Source of the DNA: Setoptus koraiensis
Lineage: Eukaryota; Animalia; Arthropoda
NCBI GenBank assembly: GCA_048013815.1
Contig: CM106585.1
Location: forward strand, 8,928,001 to 8,992,000
Reading direction: 5' to 3'
DNA length: 64,000 nucleotides
Under the pieces are notes generated by a model. The model had not been told where the DNA came from. It saw nothing but the letters and a program-made list of their open reading frames with translations, and made no database searches. Below are positions 37,078 to 48,500 of the stretch, piece by piece; the stretch's first letter is position 1, and each line of letters starts with the position of its first letter. The position numbers and the translations under genes were made by a program.

Positions 37078-38256
37078 CTAGTCCCACTCAAAGGTGTACT
37101 GAATCCTAGATTTATAGCTCGCCGGAAGGGAGTCCAATTGTTCGCTAGTCAATGAATAATCACAAGCTATATATATGTGTATGTGTCCGAAATTAATTCT
37201 CTTCAATATATTATCCAGTAGCGCCATTGTTAGATAGCACTCTCTGAATTCAATCAATTTCACTCCAGTGCCATTATTTATCAAGTATTCAATGAGTGTG
37301 CTTGTCGTGAATCTTCTGTAATAGTTGGCACAAAATGGTTGATTGTGTACATGGTCTTGTACTGAGGCGACATCACCTTTACCTTGTAGAAAATTTGCAT
37401 TGCATAAACATAGTTTCTCTGTCATTGTGTTGGCAAACACAAACTTCAATGCTGCCTCGCCATCTTTGTTACAATTTAATTGTAAAAAATCTAATTTTCT
37501 TTTCATCTCAATTGATTTACACTCACCATTAGTTTTTTCGCACGAAGATGAATCTAGGAAGGCTGACATCTTGATTATTGACACATTTTTCAATAAGTCA
37601 ACGATGAGTTTAATAGTGTATACATCCACCGAACAGATACAGTTATGTATGATGATCTCCAGACAGGTAACAGTGTCAATGATTGTTGATTTGATGGTGT
37701 TAAGCGACCATGTTGTCGATCTATGTTGTGTTTCCATTGACAAAAATAGTTGTCTCAATAGGTGATTGCAGTTTTCTGTTGCATGTGTTGGATTTACGAT
37801 CAATCTTCTGCAAAATCTAAAAGTAGGTCGTAATAATCTAAGAATGTTTGAATTTTTTACAGGATCGCTCTCACGGGCTTGTTGTCGCAGACTCGAGGCA
37901 CCATTGGTCATATTTTGATGGCTACTAACAGTCGATTTTTCTTGCAAAATTTTTCTAAATTGTCTCAATTCTTCATCACCTAACACAACCGTTGATATCA
38001 ACTCTATGGGGGAGCGAACATGAAAGAAATTACTTTCATTCGTGAAGAATTTCAGACAATAGTTTGACGACATGGACAGCATGCGATGACATGTAGATGA
38101 TAGACTAAGGAAATCTTTGGCTTCTGTAAGAAGACCAAAAAATTTGAATATGATCTCGGTCGGTAATTTATCCATTTGAGCACGAATGACCAAGTTTTCC
38201 ATCTCTTGGTTATTAGGACTGCATCTGCAACTTCGATAGCTTGTCTTTTTCGACAA
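37078..38256 (-). CDS. F-box domain protein with uncharacterised C-terminus, intronless, up to 392 aa
   Basis: N-terminal KLPTEIIFKFFGLLTEAKDFLSLSSTCHRM matches the F-box consensus (LP.EI..IF..L...DL..LS.TC.R). It is a long ORF in AT-rich DNA. The start codon could be one of the downstream Mets. Confidence 0.72.
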   Translation of the reverse strand: MSKKTSYRSCRCSPNNQEMENLVIRAQMDKLPTEIIFKFFGLLTEAKDFLSLSSTCHRMLSMSSNYCLKFFTNESNFFHVRSPIELISTVVLGDEELRQFRKILQEKSTVSSHQNMTNGASSLRQQARESDPVKNSNILRLLRPTFRFCRRLIVNPTHATENCNHLLRQLFLSMETQHRSTTWSLNTIKSTIIDTVTCLEIIIHNCICSVDVYTIKLIVDLLKNVSIIKMSAFLDSSSCEKTNGECKSIEMKRKLDFLQLNCNKDGEAALKFVFANTMTEKLCLCNANFLQGKGDVASVQDHVHNQPFCANYYRRFTTSTLIEYLINNGTGVKLIEFRECYLTMALLDNILKRINFGHIHIYIACDYSLTSEQLDSLPASYKSRIQYTFEWD

Positions 38257-38422
38257 TATCTCATGCTGACAGAAAAATCAAAGGTCCAAGAGAAAGAACT
38301 GATAGCTCCAACCGAACCGTCAACCAAACACCGGCGAAGAAGGGAATGCGATTTCATCTGCGACCCTACACAGGATGCCGCTCAACTGTAAAATGGACAC
38401 TTTTGCTCAAACAGCAAACTTT

Positions 38423-38893
38423 TCACAACAATAGTACAGCATCAGACTGTCGTATGCAAATATGATGATTCGTTGTCCAGAGAACAACACAGGTGAATGT
38501 CATGGTGCCTTTCATTGTTTGCTTGTTTTTCATCTTTCGGACAACTAACCTCTGTTCATACCTTCCAACGTTCTTAAAATTCATCATCGAATAAATACAA
38601 GATGAGAATGCAAATGGTGCTAAATATTGTAAAACCAACAATAAAGTCCGATTCAATGTGAAATCGACAGCCTTTCTGAATAGTTTCATTGTAGACACCA
38701 AACTGTTGTTACAATATCGTTGAATGTATGCCCAAATCAATAAATCGGCTTCGGGCAAATACGTGCAGTTAACGGTAATAATTTGCTCTAATCTATCTGA
38801 AACCATAGAATCAACTTGACGACAAGATACACCTTTGCCGTCGAGCAACGCTCTTGAGATCGGAATCAGCTGAAACATATTGAGTGGTGGCAT
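38423..38893 (-). CDS. Orphan ORF, 156 aa, unknown function
   Basis: ATG-initiated, not low-complexity, and fills the gap between the STAT and F-box genes; no family recognised. Confidence 0.35.
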   Translation of the reverse strand: MPPLNMFQLIPISRALLDGKGVSCRQVDSMVSDRLEQIITVNCTYLPEADLLIWAYIQRYCNNSLVSTMKLFRKAVDFTLNRTLLLVLQYLAPFAFSSCIYSMMNFKNVGRYEQRLVVRKMKNKQTMKGTMTFTCVVLWTTNHHICIRQSDAVLLL

Positions 38894-39198
38894 CTCTTGG
38901 AGAAGAAGAAAGGCGGAATACTAAACATCTGAAGTAAATTAGAAAACTATTGAAGGCCTTTCAGTCTCATTAGTCTGAAGTGATATTATATCGTCGACAA
39001 TGGTGGATATCATACCGAGTCTCGCTATCAGTGATGATGATTGTGAGTATTCTGATTATCTTTATTGATTGTACACGTTAATTTCTTTGGAAACTTCTCT
39101 AGAGCTCTTATCTCTAGATGCTTGTTCGCTTCGATAATCATTTGTTAGTTGATGTTATCCTCCAATAATGCCTATTTTTACTACTAAAAATTTAATTA

Positions 39199-42100
39199 CT
39201 AAAAGAAATTTAAATTCTCTCCGTAGTCCGGTAAGCGCATTAGGTCGTTAACATCAACTTGGGACAAATAGTCGACTGGTTGATCAGGCTCCAGTTCATT
39301 CCTAAGATGAAAAAAATTTGTTCACATCGTTTCCGTATTTTTTTCGTGTATATTTATAATAATTTCATTTTAGAGTGATAGTTTTTTATCGTTCAAGCGT
39401 AGATATGACGTCAGAGTAACAGCGATAGTGAGACCAGAATAAGGAATGTTTTGTGGATATTTGATTGACGATAACAATAATATAGTTATAACAATGAATA
39501 GTGTCAACAGGTTAATAATCATAGAAGATCATATGAAAAGCTTGTTAGTTAACTGGTTATATAGTGATGATCAGGGTTATTGTTTCTTGAAAACTGGCTA
39601 GTTAGTTGGATAACCATTCTTTCGAGCATACGATGTATATAGGTCGTTAACGGCGAAATCGAATATTCAACTAGAAGTATTCTTTGTTTCTTGTTTAATA
39701 AATTTTATTAACATTGAATTAATATTTATTCTTATCTAAGCCTCTTGACTCGTGTGAGCTTTCACTAGTTAAGACCAAAATGTAATCTTCCTGTGAACTA
39801 TATGAGCATACGAGCCGAGGGATTTAACATTATCGCATTCCGATATCATGTTTATAAACAAGGTCATTATTAATAAATGCTTCACGATTTCAGCCGAAAC
39901 AAATCTCGTGTTTCGAATCTGATCCAACTGAGTTAGATCAGATTCGTAACATGAGTAACAATAGTGATAGATAGCTAGTAGATGAGTTACGAGCTTAATG
40001 TAATAGATTAGTAGTTTCTGATTAGAGGTTGCTGATAGAGTTATGAGTTTCCCTAAAGTTGTACAGTAGATGGAGAGTTTGTGATGTTTAATTATTTTGA
40101 AAGAAAGTTAATCTATATAGAGTGAAGCAGAGAGTAGTAGAAAGCAGTAAATTTAAATTGTTATTATTATTATCAAATGCAATTCAATCATGTCATCTCG
40201 CTGTTTTGGACAACAAGTCTATCTACTTACCGATACTTCGAATCAATATTTTGTGAAAACGAAGAGGAGTTGTCATGGTAGATCTCCTCGGGCGTACTTG
40301 GAGCATAAGAAGAATTTGGTGTTGCTGGACAATCCGCATTGGGATAACTATAAATGAAGAAGTAATATTGAAATGAGTTATATTAATTTCGGAAGTTTGA
40401 ATCAGTCAGAATGACTTGAGGGTTGAAACTTGATCTACTTACTCTATTATTGTCTGAACTAAGAGGGGTTGTAAGTAATGATTGTTCTGATGTTGTTTCT
40501 TTAATATATTATCAGGCGTATAATATGCCTGAAAGGCTATGTCTTTCGGGGTGTCCGGGTAAAGGTAGAGCAATTGCTTGACGTCTTTTATTCTATCGGC
40601 CAACGAACGAACAACTAAATCCTTATGAGAAAATGGTTGCAACATGAGAATTTCTCGCTGGTTATTATTCGGATTCTGGTGACACCAGGCAACTGTGATT
40701 CCGCCTAGCTCTGATTCACTGAATCTGATCAGAAAAGTGCCGTTATCTTGAGCGCTCGATATTAGGTGGGCGTTGAGAAGTAAATTTTCGGCATCTCTAC
40801 GACTGGCGAATCCCAAAATGCGACGGTCAACCCACATGGACTTGAGATAGTCTCGAGTTAATTTACAGATGGAATAAAACCATTCCCAAAATGTAAAGTT
40901 TCTATCGCCAAGCGGGTCTTTGGCGAACTGACTCCATGTTATCAATTCTTCATGGTAATTCTTATCGCTTTCTAATTCTGTCCTAAGAGCTTTAGATGCT
41001 AGAAATCTCAAATTGTTCTCATCGAGACCACGACCGCAAAAGTATTCGAACTTATCGCTGAGAACTGCACCAAGGTTAGCCCAATAAACTGACTCTGGAA
41101 CCTTAAATGGTAGTCGATTTGTTTTGGCGAAAGCGTTGTCCCATGTGATGGTGGCCCAAGCATGTGGCTCTTGATTTCCGTGAACAATGACAACAACTGG
41201 CAATGACATCGCCCAAATATCGAACACTAGAACATTTTCCTGATTGTTTGATGAACCGGGGCTAGAGTCATGGACCCTATGTGTTGCATGGAATAATAAT
41301 GTAAATTTTTCATCCATGACAGATTCGGTGCCCTTCTTTTCGGCTCGCTTGATCTTCTTCAACTGCATATTCCTGAAATTACAACTCAACTGACCATCTT
41401 TTGATTGATATTCTAGACGACCATAACTGTTAAGTATTTCTCCACTAGTATCTAGATGAGAGAAATTGAGATTGTATCCCATCGGTTGATGAGGATGAAT
41501 GACAGTCTGATTGGCTACTATATTAGGATCAAATAGTTGATGCTGACTAAAGTTACTAGAGAAATTCGTCTGCATTGGGCCACCGAATGCATTCATGGGT
41601 TCCATGTCATTCATTGTGTGCTGCGGATAGTGGCGATATGCTTCGTTTAGATTATAATTGTTCTGAAAAGCGTGGGCCTGTTGCTCACTGATTATTTTGA
41701 CGTGAACCTCAGGTGACATGGTGTGTATGTTCAATGAGTTGCCGCATAGAGAGCGAACAGTTGCCATAAACCGAGTGTTAGTTTTCATCACTTGAGGTGG
41801 TTGTTTCTCCAAAACAAATGTCTCTGCCAGTAACGTTTTGATATTTCTTGTGTAACTGCCAATAAGGACAACAATTGAGTTAATGTCAGAATTAATTGGT
41901 AATGCATTCATTGCCATTTCCATGGTTTTGAGAGTAATGCGATTGCTCCATAGACAACCCATGAGCATTTCGCAACAAACTTGTATTTGTGCGAGATTAT
42001 TATCGAAATCGCATCCGTTACCGGCCAATTGCTGACGACGTCTCCAATCGGCCACCAAGTGACAGAGAACACGTTGTTGGACTTGATCCAAAGAATTATA

Positions 42101-42514
42101 CAGATGCTGCTGCTGCACCTTAAAATGTTCTCTCATCTGGGTGAGATCATGAGCTTTAAACTTCAAGCTTTCGTCATAATTTCTGATATCATTCTCACAT
42201 TGTTGGCTGGCCTCCTGATCCTGTCGGCGCCTGGCGTTCTCCAGACAGTGATCGAATCTCGTTCTGTTCTGGTATAACAGTATAAAAGCCTCCTGGTTTT
42301 GTCTACATTGCTTATCGAATTCGTTTAGTTCAGCACCTTGCGTGCTAAAAAGGGCCAAGAGTTTTTTGCACTCGTCGAGTTCCTCTTCGTAGGCTTTTTT
42401 AATTTGTGGCTGGTTAGCTGTAGCGATTGCCGCTGGGACGGCGGTGACGGTAGCAGCGGTAGCAGCAGTGGAATCGTTTCTGTAGCAGCTAGTGGCTGAT
42501 TCCATGGGCTCCAT
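39199..42514 (-). CDS. STAT: STAT transcription factor (STAT5/STAT92E-like), 3 coding exons, ~763 aa
   Basis: Coiled-coil (DWRRRQQLAGNG), DNA-binding domain (FVLEKQPPQVMKTNTRF, SLPVVVIVHGNQ), SH2 (GTFLIRFSESELGGITVAW) and the pTyr region (NNHYLQP). The ORF-track stop is a GTAAGT donor. Exons are 42514-40443, 40347-40231 (DYPNADCPATPNSSYAPSTPEE...) and 39301-39199 (acidic NELEPDQPVDYLSQVDVNDLMRLPDYGENLNFF*), all phase-2 compatible. Confidence 0.93.
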
Positions 42515-45500
42515 GATTGTTGATATTGATAACTTAAAATGATGATTTTAAAATTACAACTACAGTTGCCTGCTTGATAACTTGTTTCGGTTCTCACTGT
42601 TGAATTGAGTGGATTATTACTGAGAGACAATTCACTCAACTGATGAATGAATATAAACCTATAATAATAATAATCGAGCTAGCTAAATATGTCACTGGAT
42701 GTCTTGTTGAGAGATAGATGTAGATAGATGTTTTTGTTAGGTCATTAGCGATATGATATGATATGGTGCTGTGTGTACATTGAGTCTTTCGGTTTGTGTT
42801 TGAGAGTGCGGGGCCAATTGTTGTGTCGGCTCAAGTAATAGGTGCATGTGTGTTGTTATCGGGAAAAAGGGGTTGGCGCAGTGGCGTAAATAACAGCAAT
42901 TTGTGAAAGTAGATGTATGTGAGTGTGTGTGTCTGTCTATACAATGGTCAGATTTGATTAGTAAAATATGTCTGCTTCTTCTTTAGTTGTAGTTGTTTTG
43001 TGAAAATCTTATCATCATCATCATTGTGTTGACTTGAAAAGAAACAGCGCTATGTCAAGTGCGAATGTGAGTTAGTGTCTGAATTAGTGTTTGTGGTGTG
43101 TGTGTGTCCTAGATAAACGACGATAACAATTCTCGCTAGAAACGTCTTGGTGTTGTTTTTTGTCTTGTGTCTCCTGCTGGTGATTGGTGTGTTAATTCGT
43201 GGCAAACATGATAGCGATCTCAATATACATGTAAAGGTAAGCTACCGAACAGTTATGTGTGTTGGATAGCTGCTGCCGATGGTGATGATCTGTCTGGGAT
43301 AAGCCGCGTCTGGGTGCCAGGCTGTCTGAGTGCAAATGCAATTAGTGATAGCGATTCTTAATAATTTATCAAACATTCAGTAGGTAACGAGAGGTGTCAA
43401 TAATCACATGGTATCCAGCGTAATAATAAATCATGGTAACATGGTGGTAATAATAGCACGCGAGTAATAATAATATAATAACGATTCGCCAGTCGACAAT
43501 AATGTTGTTTGATAATTGGTTTGCGACGCTGGCCAGTGTCTGGCGATGCCGGGCAAAAACGTTGGCTGATATTGGATAAAATGGTGGATAAATGGTGTAT
43601 TAAATAATAATAACGTCGCTGGCTGAAAATATTGGCTTGTGGCGAAGATCGGTGAGTAGTCGTCTCGTTATTGAGTCGCAGCGGCAGTCTTGCCTCTTCC
43701 CCTTCGCTCGTCGTCGTGAGCGCGTCCGACAACAACAACAACCCTTGCTAAATGACGCATGCAGATGGTGTGTGCGATCGGCGTGTGCAACGTGTTCACG
43801 CTCTATCCGCGCTGTTCGTCATCGGCTGCTCAATGTTGGCCGCCAAATGTTCGCCGCCGAATGTTCGATTCGATTTGTGTTTGTTCGATTTCACGAGCGC
43901 ACATTCGTCATGTCGCCAATGGATGCTAATGGCCAAATAATACACTCTGATATGCACTGTTATAATTGTTCGACGCTCGATAATTGTGACAATGCTCGCA
44001 ATAATCGAAATAACAAGCTCCGTAGACAATGGCGCACACACACACACACACACACACAAGATTCGATTTCTCCTTTGTGTCTTGACTGATGGCCTCTATT
44101 GTGCAGTTATGCCTTGTGCAAGCTCTACGCACACAGTGGCAGCGAATATTTTACTGTTGGGGGTATATGGAATATATAGAACACTCCAGCCACGGCTAAT
44201 ACAAAATGACTAATAGAATAAAAATAAGCGAGCCAGGCTTGCATTTTGGCTGCCATTGCACACACGCATTTTAGCATTGTATGGCATTATATAGTGCACA
44301 CACAAGAAGTGCAAGTGGAACAGCACAACAGTGCGACACAATATCGGCGCGCCTGCCAGCCAGTGCAGCAGCAGCGACGAGCCAGGCGCACACAGTCAGC
44401 AGCGGCGTCGAACTAACGAAGCAAAGCCGCTACCGCCGCCGCCGCCGCCGCCGCACAATCGAACAAGCTGTAAGCGAACTAACAAGTGCACACACACACA
44501 CACACATATCAATGTTTGACGTCTGACTCATAAATGCACTATAACAGCTACAGATAATTCCACTTGGCGCTCTCACACATGGCATAGCAGCAACTTGCCC
44601 ATTCCACTAGCCGCCTGCTGCCGTCTAACCCATTCTCAATATTGCCGCTGCTGCGCTAAGGACACTTCATATTCCCCGACACGCCCCCCCCCCTATACCC
44701 GTGCGGTGCCGCTTGTTGCAAGCGGCTTGGGTGCGCGGCATTTCACGGCCAAACGAGGCAGCCGGTTGTACCGCACCGCGCCGCTGCAGTTGCTGTTTCT
44801 TTAGTGTCTCTAGTGACTAGAGTCTAGTCAATAGTCTAGTCACTAGTCTAGTGTTGTATTTGTGCAGCAAGGCTTGCGCCTCGGCGGCGCTGCGATCGCG
44901 TCGAGCGCGCAGCACAGTGTGCAGCATTGACAGCAGCACAGTGGCACGCTATGGAGTTGGAGTATTGCGCCGACACATGTCGTGTTCCAAATTCTGTGCA
45001 ATTACGTAAGCGCAATAACTATCTGTGTTTGTAGCTACGCAAAAATACAAATCACATAGTCCAGCAGATACTATCGGGTCCACAGTGCACTGGCCAAACA
45101 GACGGAAATACCTGGCACGGGTCTTGTTTACCTGTGCGAGTCTTGCTTAGCCGCGTATGCTAATGTGACGTAGAGTATGATGACCGATCAGTTAGCTCTC
45201 ATTCATATTTCATCAATTCATATTTCATCATTTGTGCGTCGGCTTCTTGGCGAGACTGGCTGAGACGGCTCAGGGCGAGATGACTCATATGGGGGTTGCA
45301 TATCATTATTGTTACATATGTCCGCGATTCAGGTGTCCAGTCGGACACTTTGTTGCGACTGCACGAGCAGCACGCGATTCACGAGCCGACAGGTGAGTGA
45401 GAGAATCAGAGCAAATCTGCAGATTTGTGTCATATCTGGGTACACACATGTGACTGGGCACCGGAGTGAGTGGGCGCGCCAGAGCGGGCATGACAATTAC

Positions 45501-48500
45501 AAATCGGGCACGCGACCGAATTGTCAATTGGATAATTCAACTCATAAAGGCTGTTTATTATGCTCGCTAGCTGCACTGCATTGCTACTGCTGCCACTACT
45601 GCTGCCAGTAGTAGAGCACCCAAATAGAGCCGTCTCGGTGTCTCTCGAAGTATTTGGCCAGTGGCGCTCGTTGCCGTTGCGACACGCGCGCGCCCCTATT
45701 GAGCTGACGCAAATGCCACCGAAGCCAATGGCTGTTCCGCTGTCGCACTCGATTATCCCTTTCTGCATGTCACTCAGCTAGCTTGCCGCAGCAGCCGAAC
45801 TAACCTTATCCGTAATATCAATATTGGTTGCGTCGTACGTTTGTCGTGCGCTTGTCGCCGTGTCAAGCTGGCGTTCCGGCAATTCGGGCACTACGCCAGC
45901 ACCGACAGCACCAGTCGGCGTACAAGTTGACAATCTGGCACGGTATTGCGCCGTAAATGCGTCGACACATTCGAACATGTCGCGTTTTGTACAGCCCGGC
46001 ATGTTGTGCGATATGGCTCAACTGCGTGCGTGCGTGTGTGTGTGTGTGTGCGTCGGTGTGTGTTGGCTCGCCAAAACAGGTGTATCGCGCAAATTGACAA
46101 GAGTAAAAAGGGAAAGCTCGTTACTCTGCCTCCCCCGTTCGATCGTTAACTAATCCGATTTGCTGTCCCACAAGACAATTACTCGGCCACGGTTTGTTTA
46201 CGTTCGAGAGTGAGCGATTTGCGTCGGCCGATTGCGCCCTCGCACCCACCAACTATCACCAAAACATCTCATTTTTTTCCTCTCGGTGTCCCCGTTCGGC
46301 GAGCTGGCTGCAGCCGGCTCACACTATATAAATGGCGCCAACTGGATAAATGGCGTCGACTGGATAAATGGGCCAACTCGGGCCCGTTCATCGAGCTGCA
46401 GCCACTCGTCGGTGCTCCCCATCCAGTAACAAGCGCTGGCGGGCCTCATAATCGGGCCGATTCATTTGGACGGACACACTGGCTGCGAGAGTCACAAACC
46501 GTCCGTGAGCACCGTAGGCATTGTGACAAATCCATATCGATGCGAACAGCTCATCATCGGCACTGCTGCTCACTTTGGCTCGTTTTGGCCCAATTTGGCT
46601 CAATCTGGCTCAATCCGGCGCACATTTTGGGGCTCAGTGGGGCCGTGTCTGTCAGCATCATACTGCTGCTATCATAACAGTTGCCACGCAAAACGCTCTC
46701 AAGCTCCCCCCGCTGGGTCTAGCCACGAGCACTGGTGACTAGACGCACGCCCACGACCGCCGCTTCTCAAGAACTATCAATGAAATGTTTGTCGCTCATG
46801 AATATGTTAATAAAGTGGCCGCGCGTGCACCAGTCACATAGCCAGCCAGCCAGCCAGCATGTAGTTGTTGGCTGGTCTCTCTTATTGGGCTTCTGATTGG
46901 CCCGCCGACCTTGAAATCAGCTGTCATGATGACGATATCCGGCAACATCATACAAGCGGCAGCCCTGCAGCGGTTTGCGTTGCTTGCTTGTTGTGTCGCC
47001 AAAATAATTAGTTCACCTCCACACCGCTACACCGATCGGTAGCGCTCGGGGCCCCGCCGGCCGAGCTTGTTAGCAGTGGCGCGGTCTTGTTGACGACAGA
47101 TACTTGAGATAATCCGATCTTGATCATGTGATCACTTTGATTTCTGTCGGCAGCGAGCCCCAATCAGGCAGTTGATTGGGGCCATGAGCATGCAGGCAAT
47201 TCTGAATTTGAATTCTAATGGACTCATTAGACGGCCTCGACAAGCACACTGAACGATATTATCGTTACGATAGCGCACGGTCGTCTCTTCGCGAGGCCCC
47301 TCTCTCTGTCGCCTCTGTCAAGAGCGAGCGCTCGCTGTCACTTGTGGGTGCCACAAAATCGGCCAGTCAGGCTCGCTGTGCTGCTGCAACAATGGAGATG
47401 GCGCAATCAACGGGGCCTCAAGTTTTTGCGAATGACCAATTGTTGTCTGTCAGTTGGTCGTTGTCGTCAGTGCCTTGCGCGATCAATGTCGCTCGAGCCC
47501 ACCGACTGGTGACAAGAATCCGAACTGCGTGAGCTTGACAATTTCAAGTGCGCCAACAAGCAGCCCTGACACTGGCCAGCTAATGTAACATTAGTAATGT
47601 TACCGGTAGTGTCCATGTTTATGAGTGTTGTATATTAATGAGTGTATCATTTCCTCTTTGCCATTTACGACCAGCTCAAGCAACTAGGCAGCGCAACAGC
47701 GCAACAACCATTTGCATCATGCTGCCGATTGTTGCCCGACAGACAGTGGAGGCTGGAGGAAAAAGAGAAAAGTTGTTTCAAGTTCATGGCTGTCACTGGC
47801 TGGCTATGTGTCTCGCCGGCGAGCTAACTATGCATTCTGGCAACAAAATTTTTATATTTACTTGTGCTTGATATGCACGACCAATGTATAGTAGTTGTTA
47901 TTCTGTTCACTTAGAAACAACCTCATCAGTGATTTGCAATTAAAGATAAGAGGACAGAGCGAGCATTTTGTTTGTTCGTTGGCTCGCATTTGGCAACCCG
48001 CATTTCGCAAGCCAGTTGGCTCAAGCTCGCTGATTGGCCGCGACCAGTGAAACTGGCTGAGCTTGGGCAAAAGTTTAACCTTACACACGGCGCGAGAAGG
48101 GCAGCTATTTCTATTTCAAGGTGGCTAGCAACTAGTTTCACTGTCACCTTTGTGCCGTCTTCGGTATTTTATGATGATGCATTCGCTGTTGAGCTTGTAT
48201 CGCATCATCAGCACAGTCGTGGCATAAACGCACATCACTGGCACTGACACACCACAAAATGCCAAACTAGCTAATCTGCATCAGTCATCAATTAGATTAC
48301 ACAACAGGTGAAAAAGAAGCGTCTCTCTATATGTTCAGTAGGGTGTGTTGTTGCATCACGAAGTCGCCGCACGACCATTCGTTGCATTGAGTGCTCGAAT
48401 GGTCGCTCTCGACTCGAGAGTCTCGAGGCTGTCGAGCAGCAGTGGCTACTTTCTTCTCGGATTCTTTCGCCGAGTGCTGGTGGATATTTCAGCGATTCAT

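Noticed and set aside
39000-39048. Plus-strand ATG..GTGAGT mini-exon (MVDIIPSLAISDDD)
   Set aside because: No compatible downstream exon was found, and the region is bounded by minus-strand genes.
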